A stretch of DNA of 57,670 nucleotides, taken from IMG/VR virus record IMGVR_UViG_3300030330_001991, positions 1-57,670 of that record. One strand, written 5' to 3'. Positions within the stretch are counted from its first letter, which is position 1. The number at the start of each line of letters is the position of its first letter. Below the pieces are notes generated by a model. The model was not told where the DNA came from. It searched no databases and saw nothing but the letters and a program-made list of their open reading frames with translations. Source of the DNA: a virus (lineage: Duplodnaviria; Caudoviricetes). The position numbers were made by a program, and so were the translations under genes. Below are positions 20,522-31,700 of the stretch, piece by piece.

Positions 20522-21325
20522 ATGAGTTTTGCAGTAGCAGCAGTAGGTTTAGTTTCAAGTGGTGTAAAGCTTTGGGGTGCTAGTAAAGCAAAAAAAGCAG
20601 CTAAAGAGAAACAAAAAAAAGCAAAAGCAGCTTTAGAGGCTAAGAAAAAAGAATACGCGGCGCTAGACACTTCTAACTTAAACAAAAACCTAGAAAATAA
20701 AATGGAAGACCTTACTATAAATCAAAAAGGTATGGAGCTTCAAAATCAACAAGGACAACAACAAAGAGCCAATATAATGGACCAAATGAAAGGTGCTGCT
20801 GGTGGTAGTGGTATAGCTGCATTAGCACAGCAAATGGCAAACTCAGGTCAGTTGGCAGCACAACAATCAGCAGCTGAAATTGGTAAACAAGAAGCAGAAA
20901 ATCAAGCTAAACAAGCTGCTGAAGCTTCAAAGTTGCAAACAATGGAAAGACAAGGTGAAGCTGCTTCTAGAGCGCTTAAATATAACAAAACAAAAGCTAT
21001 GATGGATATGGCTGCTGGAGAAATGAGTGCTGCTAGTGGAGAGCTTGCAGCGGCTAAACAACAACAAAGTAGCGCTGTTGGCGGTATAGTTTCTTCTGTA
21101 ATAGGCGGTATTTCAGATAGAAGAGCTAAAAAGAATATAAACAAAATAGGTGTATCACCTAGTGGACTAAATATATATAGTTTTGAATATAAGAATCCTA
21201 TTTTTGGTGAAGGCTTATTCCAAGGTGTTATGTCTGATGAGGTTCCAACTGAAGCTGTTTTCAGTGTTGGTAATTATGAGGCTGTTAACTACAGTATGTT
21301 AGACGTAGAATTTAAACAATTATAG
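20522..21325 (+). CDS. Ejection/pilot-like protein with C-terminal peptidase S74-like (intramolecular chaperone) domain
   Basis: A/Q/G-rich helical N-terminus, then SDRRAKKNI...IYSFEYK...GVMSDEV...VNYS. Confidence 0.65.
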   Translation: MSFAVAAVGLVSSGVKLWGASKAKKAAKEKQKKAKAALEAKKKEYAALDTSNLNKNLENKMEDLTINQKGMELQNQQGQQQRANIMDQMKGAAGGSGIAALAQQMANSGQLAAQQSAAEIGKQEAENQAKQAAEASKLQTMERQGEAASRALKYNKTKAMMDMAAGEMSAASGELAAAKQQQSSAVGGIVSSVIGGISDRRAKKNINKIGVSPSGLNIYSFEYKNPIFGEGLFQGVMSDEVPTEAVFSVGNYEAVNYSMLDVEFKQL

Positions 21326-21327
21326 AT

Positions 21328-22782
21328 ATGGCAGAAGACACAAGCGCTGGTACTGGCGGAAACAATAGTTTTTATAATATCGGTTACCAAACAACTAAAT
21401 CAGAATTACAAGCTGATAAAACTAATTTTAGTGGCCTAGATATTGCTTATCAAGCATTACAAAATAGACAAAACGCTATTTTAGCTGAAATAAAAGAAGA
21501 AGAAAAAATAAAAACAGATGGTAGAGTTGCGAAAGGAAAAGAACTAGAAGCTGTTATATCAGAACTAGATGCTACCATGACTAGCTTAGGTCCTGAATCT
21601 TTTGCCCAAGCACAAAGAGAAGTTGAGGATTTAAGAAATAGAATGTATGAAGCTATAGATAATGACGATCAAAAAACTATAGCAGAGCTAAATATAGAAT
21701 TAAAAAATATAAAACAAAGACACTCAGCTGATGCTGAAAATCTTACAATGACTATAGACAACTGGAATAATGGTTTAGTAAGTACATCAGCTATGACTGA
21801 CGATGCTATTGATACATACACTAGTTTTGCACATGCTAAAAAGAGCGGAACAGCTAAAGAAATATATGAAGGAAACCCACCAGTGTTACATTATCAATTT
21901 CCAAAAGTAGATGAAAGCAACCAACCTATACCTCAATTAGATCCGTTTGGAGAGCCAATGATTGGTGAGGACGGAAACCCTGTTTATGAGATGCATAAGT
22001 ATACATTAGAAGATTTGGAAGATTTAGCAGTGCCTATTGACACTGAAGGTGGCGAGGCTTATGTTGATTATGTAGAGGCTCAATCTAAAGTTTTTAACGA
22101 ATCAGGTAATCCACCTACAGACTACGCTATAAAACAGCAAATAGAAAAAATAATACCTAAAGACGAAAAGAAAATAAGAGACTGGTTATGGGGTGATCCT
22201 GCTCAAACAGGTAAACTAGATGTTCAAGGTTATTTATTTGATATATTAGATGGTACACATAAGATATCTCCAGAAAACGAGTATGACTTATATAAAAAGT
22301 TAGGTGTGCCTGAAATAGGTGAGCCAGATGGTGTTTACGACGAAACTGAACTTCAAGCTATGGACAAAGCGGCAATAGTTAAGTCTATAATGGAAGTCGA
22401 TGACTTAAACACTTCTTATCAAGTAATTACAGAAATATACACTGATATAGCTAAAAATAATATTAGTGGTAATGAAGATTTAAACAAAGACTACAATAAA
22501 GAAAAAACAACATCTTTAACTAACAATGTAAATCTTGAAGAAACAGAGCAGTTAAAAAGAGATAGAATTTTAGCCTTGTATAAGGATTTAGAAGCAAATC
22601 CAGATAAATATCGTGGTTATACTAAGAAAAAACTTGCTCAAGAGTTTGATTTAACAGAAGCTGATCTAGCTGGTGTTACAACTGGAGAAGGTAATATGAT
22701 AAATCTTGATTCTATATTATCTAATCCTATAGAAAAGAAAACTCAGATGACTAATCAGGAATTTTATAATATGATAGAATAA
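21328..22782 (+). CDS. Internal virion/ejection protein, putative
   Basis: 484 aa, acidic and helical, between the pilot-like gene and the giant gene. Confidence 0.5.
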   Translation: MAEDTSAGTGGNNSFYNIGYQTTKSELQADKTNFSGLDIAYQALQNRQNAILAEIKEEEKIKTDGRVAKGKELEAVISELDATMTSLGPESFAQAQREVEDLRNRMYEAIDNDDQKTIAELNIELKNIKQRHSADAENLTMTIDNWNNGLVSTSAMTDDAIDTYTSFAHAKKSGTAKEIYEGNPPVLHYQFPKVDESNQPIPQLDPFGEPMIGEDGNPVYEMHKYTLEDLEDLAVPIDTEGGEAYVDYVEAQSKVFNESGNPPTDYAIKQQIEKIIPKDEKKIRDWLWGDPAQTGKLDVQGYLFDILDGTHKISPENEYDLYKKLGVPEIGEPDGVYDETELQAMDKAAIVKSIMEVDDLNTSYQVITEIYTDIAKNNISGNEDLNKDYNKEKTTSLTNNVNLEETEQLKRDRILALYKDLEANPDKYRGYTKKKLAQEFDLTEADLAGVTTGEGNMINLDSILSNPIEKKTQMTNQEFYNMIE

Positions 22783-22783
22783 T

Positions 22784-25700
22784 ATGCCAGATATTAAAGA
22801 GGTTATAGATATGATGGTAGCAGCTGGTAAAACAGATGCTGATATTATATCTGTTATAGAAAAATATAATGCTAAGCAAGCAAAAGCTAGAGCCGTAGAG
22901 CAAGCCAAGTTAGCTGAACAACAAAGGTTAAGAGAAGAAGGTACAGATGATCCTAGCGCTCCTAACGCTGGTGGTAGCTGGGGTAGAGCAAATCAAGAAA
23001 CTGGAGAGGTTGTAAGTAACATAGATATTAACGATCCTGATTTACCTCCTGGATATTATTTTTATGATGACGGTGAGGAGAGGTTTGCTGAAGATGGTAG
23101 CATGATACGTTTTGATTTTCAATATGACGGTGAAGATAGATCTGGATTTGATTTAATATACAACAAAGAAAGTGTTACTAAAGAAAAAGAAAGAATTAGA
23201 AAACAAGAAATATTTGAAGAAGAAAAGTACGATGCTATGGTTGCAGCCGGTGATAATTGGACTGAAAACGCTGAGCAAAAATGGTTGAGAGAAAACTATC
23301 CTGAAAAAGCTGAAAAAACTAATTCTGAAATAGTATCACAAACACGTAATAATGCTGATGGTTATCATTTTAGATCTGGAGAAGCTGAAACAATAAAATT
23401 TCTTAAACAAGACTTTGGTAAAAACTCTAAGTTTTATAAAGAAACAGGTTTAGAGTTTTCTTTTTCACATGGTTTTACTGGTGGTAGTGGTAAGTTTTCT
23501 TATGATGATGATTATATAATTGTTACAGCACCTAATGGTAAAGAAAAAAAGTTTGAAACTGATTTTGATAGAGAAAGTGGTAAAGGTTTAAAGCAATGGA
23601 ATGACTTTAAAAAATGGGCAGCTGAAAATGCTTATAAGGACGAAGGTATGACTACAAAGACTGGTAATAAAGTCAACATAAGTGATGCTACAAAAATGAA
23701 TGAAGAAGATTTTATAAAAGAGTTTAATCACTCTGGAGCAATTATAACCTCTAGTGAAGATGCTGTCCCAGGTTTTAGTGCTGTTACAGTAAAATTACCA
23801 GGTGCTGGTCCAAATGGTACTACAAAAGAATTAAAAATATCATTACAACCTTGGACTCATAGCGGTGAAATGGAAGCTAGAGATCAAATATTAGAGTTGC
23901 AAGCGTATCAAAATAAAACTAAAAAAAATAAAAACGCCCCTCTATTAGAAGCTTTAACAACTGATGATGAGGCTCTTTATTATACAACTGGTGACTTTGG
24001 ACAATTATCTAACGAGCAGATAAATGCAATGAAGTCAGCTAACATAACGGTTTCTAAAACAGGCAAAACACAAGGTGTAGATGTAGATAGTTTTTGGAAT
24101 ATAAGTTTTGATGGAAAAAGAGACGCTGTTGAATATACATTTAAACAAAATGGTAAAAATGTATATACCGGTACAGTTTATGGTTTTAGAGATTTTGTAG
24201 CATCTGGAAATATTAGTTTAAAACCAGAAGAGATAGACGCTTTAAAAACAAAAATACTTGGTTATGAAAATGAAGTTAAAAAAAGCGCTAAAAATATATC
24301 AGATAAAAAAATAGCAGCATTAACAAAAGATGATGTACTTGATAATTATTATGACAAAAAATTAATTACAGACATTGTTGCTAATTCTAATATTCCTGAA
24401 GACGATTTAAACAACGCTCTTCAAGATTATTTTATGCAAATTACTAAAGCTGGAAAAAGACCTACTATTAGTGATAAAAAAAAGAGAATAGCAGACTTTA
24501 GCGCTATAGATTTTTTAGAATATTATCATGGTTGGTTAACAGTTAGAGCTACCTCAACAGGAGGTACAGGTGAATACGCAATTAGCGGGGACATGTATGA
24601 GGCACCAACAGAAACAAAAGAAGAGTTTGTTAGAAAATACAATGCAGATATAGAAAAAGCTTGGTCTAGCATATATAAAGAACCAGTAGTTAACGAAGAA
24701 GGTGATATTATATCCCAAGGTTTAGATGTTACTTTGGCTAATCACAGACTTACTATGAATGATAATATTCGTAAGTCAGATATAAGAGCTGAGTTAGAAA
24801 ATGATACTGGTTTAAGAACTATTGTTTCTTCTAGCCGACTCATGCAAAGACAAGATTTAGAAGAAAAAACAAAACAGCAAGAGGAGTTAGTTAAAAGTTA
24901 CACAAGAAAATTAGAGAACGAAAAATTTAAAATTGAATACGAGCTTAATTCTATAGTGGATTCAGCTCAAAAAGAAGGAGTTACAAGTGTTAAGTATATT
25001 GATAATGGTAACGGTGTAGATGGCTATTATCTTGTTGAAGCTCAAGACGAAAATATTAGAAAAAAATATCAAGCTAAGTTTGACAACGCTTTGAAAAGAA
25101 GTAGAGCTATAAGCTCACAATGGGAGGAAGAAAGAAAAGATTTAGTGTTAGAAAGTGATGAGTTAGATGCGTTATTAAACGAGTTTCAAGGAGATGAGTA
25201 CGTAACAAAAGCGTCTTCAATGGAGTATAACCTAAGAGAGGTGTTAGCACAAGATGTTATGCATAGTTTTGAAAACTTATTCTTGGATGTGCCTGTGTTG
25301 TTTGGTAGTGATTCAGCTCTTAGAAGAAAAAATAATAACATACAAAGTAGTCAACTTTACCTACCTGATAAAGGAACTTATAGTGATGCTTGGGATGAAG
25401 GTAATTTTGGTACATACGCATTAAGAACTGTTGCTCAGCAATCAGCACCTGTTGTTACAGCTATAGCTGGTTCATATGGGGCCACAGCTATTTTAGGTGC
25501 AACTAGAGGTGCTACTATAGCAACCAACGCTATACCTGCTTTTTACGGTGTTACAGCCGCTGGTGGTAAACGTGGTGAAATAGAAACGGCTAATGAAAGA
25601 GCTATACAAGCTACGAAAGATATCGAGATATTAGAAAAAAATAAAGATTTAATTGATCCAGATGTTTACAAAGAGTCAATGGCTGCTTTGCGAGCGGTTG

Positions 25701-28700
25701 AAGCAGATGGTAATATTAACGGCTGGAAGAAATGGTTAACTATAGTTGGTAGCGGTATTATAGAAGGCACGGTAACTAGATACCTTGGTACTTTACCAAA
25801 CTCTTTAAAATTAGTAAAAGATTTTACCTCGCCGTTAGATGATATTATAATGGCAGGCGCTAGAAACGGCTGGCAAAATGCTGGTCACGCTGCTCTAAGA
25901 TTAGGAGGGAGAACTCTTAGTGAGGTAGCTGAAGAAGTTACAATAGCAGGTGGAACAATGGGGTTAGAAGCGTTAACACTAGGTAAAGACTTTGAGTGGG
26001 ACACATTAGATGATGTAGCTATAGATGCTATAATGGTTGCTGGACCTATGAACGGAACAGGTGTTATGTACTCTTCTGTTTTACAGCACTACGCTAGTAG
26101 ACCTATGTTTGAAAAAAACATGTCTATCAAAAGAGAGCTTCAAAGAAACAAAGATGAACTTGGCAAGACAAATGACAAAAGAAAACGTGCCATGTTAATG
26201 GAAGAACGAGAAGGTTTGATAAACCAAATGTATGCTCTTAGTAGTGAAATGGAGTTAATGGCAATGCAAAATGGCGGTAAAAGAAATGCTGATTTAATGC
26301 GTGTTGGAAACGAGCTAAGAGAACTAGATAAACAAGCTGGTGTAGACCCTACACTAAGCCCTGATTCAAAAGAAAAAATGTTAGCGGATTATATAACAAA
26401 ACTAGAGTCAGAAAACCCATCTAAAGCTAAAAAGTTTAAAGAGCAATACGACTCAGCTTTAAAATTTAAAGAGAAACTTTTAAGCAACATTGACTTTGAC
26501 ACTGTTATAGAAGAGGTATATGGGCCTGAAGGTGCTCGTATAAAAGCTAGGTTAATAAAACAAAACCCAAGTTTAAGAAAGCTAGACAACAAGGAAATGG
26601 CTATTGCAGTTCATGAAGAATTTAAAAGACAAAACCAACAAAAAATAGTACAAGCTACTAGAACTGCTTATGATGGTAAAATACTAGAAGCTGTTGAAAA
26701 GCAAGTTTATAATGGTAAAACTTTCAAAGAGTCTGGTAGAAAAAATAGAAACAGAAAAGCAGAAGATGAAATACTGGCTGTTTATGGTCAACAACTAGGA
26801 ATACAAAGCACTAACACTGGTATAATAATAAACAGAGATCAAAGTATAAATGCTAGAAGCGTACTAAGTGATAAGCGTTTACAAGACATACAGTCTGTTC
26901 AAGCAACTACAGACGAACAACTACAAGAAACATTATTACAGTTTCAAGATAATATACTAGCTCAGGAAATAGAAAGAATAAATAGAAGTAAACTTACAGA
27001 GAATCAAAAGAGAGATGAAATAGATAAAATACAGGCTGATATAAACCAAGAGTCAGAAATGCTCTTAGATGAGCTTAGAATGGGTGAGACAAACGCTGTA
27101 ATATTGCGTAACGGAAAATATATTGTAAGAGACAAAAAAGCAGCTGACGCAGCACTAAAAGATGGTAATTTACTAGCAGGTACAGCATTGTCACACGAGA
27201 TAATGCATGCTATTGATCAAAAGGTTTTTGATGGTCTTGGAGATATGACTAGTTACGCTGTAAATCTTTTTGATTACATGCAAAAAAATATTCCTGAAGT
27301 TCACCAAAACGCTTTAAATTTACAAAGAGCTATAGGTAATTTTAATCCAGATGTTTCTATGGCAGAGCAATCGTCTTTGTTTTGGGACGAGTACACCAAG
27401 TCTGTACAGGATTTTCTTAGTAGACCTAAGTACTCTGCGGATGTAAGACGTATATTACAAAGAGGACAAAGCACTAGAAATAAGCTTAGAGCTATGTTTG
27501 GTGGAGATTATAAAATAAACAACAGTACAGACGCTGCTGTTTATTTAGCTGGATATATAGATGCTTTCAAACGTGGTGAGCTTGGTAGTTTTCAAAAAAG
27601 AAAAATAGATGCTTTAGCTAAAAAAGAAAAGAAAGCTAAATTAAAAGAAGCTAGAAAATCAGCTAATATAAAATCACCTATATTATATAAACAAGCAAAT
27701 GCTCTTGGTAAAAAAGTAAACGATTTATACGCTACAAAAGATTCTAATCCTGATTTTGCTTTTGATATAGCTAAGTTATACGAACCTATGCTAGGTAGAT
27801 ATTTAACTAGAATAGAAGATAAAGGAGCTATATTAGGAAAACAAGATGAAACAGGTAGAGTAAGCCAAGATGAAAGATCAAAAAACATAACCGATTTTAA
27901 AATGAACGGTATGTATGGTGAAAGAGGTATTGTAGATCTTATAGATAAGTTTAATCCAGATGAAATGGTAGATGTTGTTGATCCTTCTACAGGTGAAACA
28001 GTACAAGAGGCAAACACATTGTCTAGATATTTAAACGGTACTTTTCCACAAAGAATATCTGAGTTTACAAAAAATACAACTATAGATTTTCAAGGATTTA
28101 AAGTAGATATGTCTAAAGCAGAAAATGTTTTAACAACAGAAACTGAAGACAGTACAAACGACATATTAACACCTGAAGTACAAGATCAACTTAATACTCC
28201 TTTTTTAAATAACATCGAGTTAACTAAAGAACAAGTTAAAGCTGCTAGAGAAATTATAACAAGTGTAGTTGGTAGAAAATTACCAGCTTTAGATGCTAAT
28301 GTTTCTAAAAATAAATCAGTGTCTCCTTTAATAGCTGCGTTGAAAAAAGAATTTGGAATAAAAAATGGGCCATTACATAGAATGATACAAAGTGTTATTG
28401 GTTCTAGTAAAGCTGAGGTTGAAGCTTATTTAAAATCACCAAGAAATAAAAACGCAATACTACAAACTTTAACAACAACTTGGTTGTCTAGAAACTTACC
28501 TATGGCTGTTGAGAAGTATGTTAATGGAATTGGTTATACAACAGATCATGTAGGTAGAAAGAAAGGTACTAAGGATGGTGATATACAAGCGTGGAAAGCA
28601 AGCGAAGAAGGTCCTTACAAAGGTATGACCGATGGTAAACAAAAAATTAGAAGAAACCCTAACGCAAATAAAGATGTTTCTAATGCAATGTTATTAAGTA

Positions 28701-31700
28701 ACTTTGCTAAAGGAGACAAAATGACAGACATAAGAAGAGCTGGTTTAGAAAAACTAGAACTAGCATTAGCTCAAGAGTTTGGTATGGAGATATTTAAAGC
28801 TGACATGATAAATGATGGTCCGCTAAAAGAGTTATTTGTAGGTAGACAGGATCTGTTTAATAGAGTATTAGCTGATAATTTTGTAGAAGAGTTTGTAAGA
28901 CAAACAGAAAGAGGTGTTACTAAGAGAAGTAAAAACCCTAGTTTTTTTACACCTATAAATGCTGATGATAAAAATGCTTTAGCTGTAGTTGAAGCAGAGG
29001 GTTATTCTTTAATAGCTGATATAATAAAAAACTTTGATAAAAAAAGAGAGTTTGGTGGTGCTGATGCTGTTTTAGGTTTGTATCCTATTGAAACTATAGA
29101 GTGGTTTTTAGATGCTGGTGGTTTTGATTTGTTTGATAGCAATGTAGAAAACGGTTTTGTTGTGCCAACTAAAAGTATGAACTGGGGTATATTTGATAAA
29201 CAAAAACAAGTATACTTAAATAACGGTACACAGAGTAAAGTTATGAAAGATGCTATGAGAGATGTAGGTTCTTCTATGATAGATATTTTACCTCCTCAAG
29301 TATTAAAAGGTTTATCAAAAGAATTTTTTGGTCTAGTTAGTTCTAGACTTTTAGATGGAGCAGTAAAAGAAGATGGCAGCGTTGGCCCTTATTACGATTT
29401 ACGTGTTAAGTTTGAACAAGCGCAAGCAAAGCCAAATACAAAAGTTAAACTACCATTTGATCCTACAAAGTTAGAATTATTAAATTCTAGCAGTGGTTTG
29501 ATGAAGTCTATAAGTAATATATTAAACAAAGATATATCAAGAGCAGAAAAACTAGAACAGTTAAAAAAATTACAACCTAGAATAGATGCGGCTAATGCTA
29601 ATAACAAACTTTTCTTAAAATACTTTTTTAGCGAAGCAGCTAAAATGCTAGTTAAAAATCCTCAAAACGCAGTTGGTTTAGCATCATTATTACAAGGCGC
29701 AACTAACAATGTTAAAGGTTTTAGAGCGTTTACAGATCTTGGTATGATAAAAGTTTTAGATGGTTCTCAGGCTCCTTTTGTAAAACCAAACGGAACGTAC
29801 ACAACAGTTAAGCCAAATGAAACAAACGGTCATAAAGTAAATAAAAAGCATCCTGATTATAAAAGAGCTATGAAGGAGGCTAATAACAACGAAAAAGTTG
29901 CTGGTGATATATTAGGTTACAAAGGAGAACATATAGACCCTAGCGCTAATGTAATGCAAAAACTTCTTAGGTCTACATTTGAATTAGCTGAGTTAATAAA
30001 TAACAATCCTACTAAAGCTGAAAAAGCTATAATGGAGCATCAAAAAAAGTTTGATGATATACTTTTAAATTTTGATCAATCTTTAGGTACAAAAGTAGAC
30101 TCTGACTTACAAGATGCTAGATTAACATCTACAAGTAACATTGGTTATTTTAGAAACATTGTTATAGAGTCAGAGTTAAAAAACTATATAAATGCTAAAA
30201 ACGGAGAAACTGTTCAAAGCCTTGTAAAAGAAAAAGGTATGGCTATGTTAAACATGGCACCAATAGAAGAGGTTTTAAAAGCGGAAAGAATAGATGATGC
30301 TGTTACTATGGCAAGAAGATCTGCAAACCCTAGTAAAGGTATAACTATTTTAGATTTTGACGACACGTTAGCCACTAGTAAATCTGAGGTTATATCCACA
30401 TCACCAGATGGTGTTGTTAGAAAACTAACAGCAGAAGAGTTTGCTAATGAAGGTGCTGAATTATTAGAGCAAGGCTGGAAACATGACTTCTCAGAGTTTA
30501 ATAAGGTTATAGGTGGTAAAGTAGCTAGACTTTTTAATAAAGCATTAAAATTACAAAGTAAGTTTGGCCCTGAAAATATGTTCGTTTTAACAGCTAGACC
30601 TCCTGCTTCTCAAAACTCTATATTTGAGTTTTTAAAAGCTAATGGCTTAAATATACCTTTAAAAAATATTACTGGCTTAGGTAATAGTACTAGTGAAGCT
30701 AAAGCGTTGTGGGTTGCTGATAAAGTGGCTGAGGGATATAACGACTTTTATTTTGCTGACGATGCTTTACAAAACGTACAAGCTGTACAAAACATGCTTG
30801 ATCAATTTGATGTTAAGTCTAAAGTACAACAAGCAAAAAGATCTGTAGACCCTAGTAAAGTGTTTAACGATATAATAGAAATGACTACAGGTATTGAATC
30901 TGAAAAACAATTTTCTGATGCACAAGCTAAAATTAGAGGTCATAAAACTAAATACAAATCTATAATACCAGCGTCAGCACAAGATTTTATGGGGCTGTTA
31001 TACAACTTTATAGGTAAAGGTAAAGTAGGAGAAACCCAAATGCAGTTTTTAAAAGAAAAGCTAGTAGATCCTTTTGCTAGAGGTATAAATGATTTAAACT
31101 CTTCTAAACAAACATCTGCTAACGATTATAAAAATTTATTAAAGCAGTTTCCTGATGTTAAAAAGAAATTAAATAAAAAAATAGAAGGTACAGAGTTTAA
31201 TAACGATCAAGCTGTTAGGGTTTATTTATGGAATAGAGCTGGTTTTGAAGTACCAGGTCTGTCTAAAAGAGATTTAAATATGTTAACTAGTGTTGTTAAC
31301 AATGACTCTCAATTAAAAAGTTTCGCAGAAGGTGTTGGTGCTATATCTAAAAAAGAAAACGGTTATTCTCAACCAGGTGATTTTTGGTTAGCAGAAAATA
31401 TAACTTCTGATTTACTTAGTGATGGTGCTATAGGTGATGCTAGATCTGAGCATTTAGCAGAGTGGATAGAAAATAAAAACATTATATTTAGCCCAGAAAA
31501 CATGAACAAAATAGAGGCTATATATGGTTCTAAGTTTAGAGAAGCTTTAGAGGATATGCTTTACCGTATGGAAACTGGTAGAAATAGACCAATGGGTGGT
31601 GGTAGGTTAATGAATATGTATATGAACTGGGTTAACAACTCTGTTGGTGCTATCATGTTCTTTAATATGAGATCTGCTTTACTTCAAACTATATCCGCTA

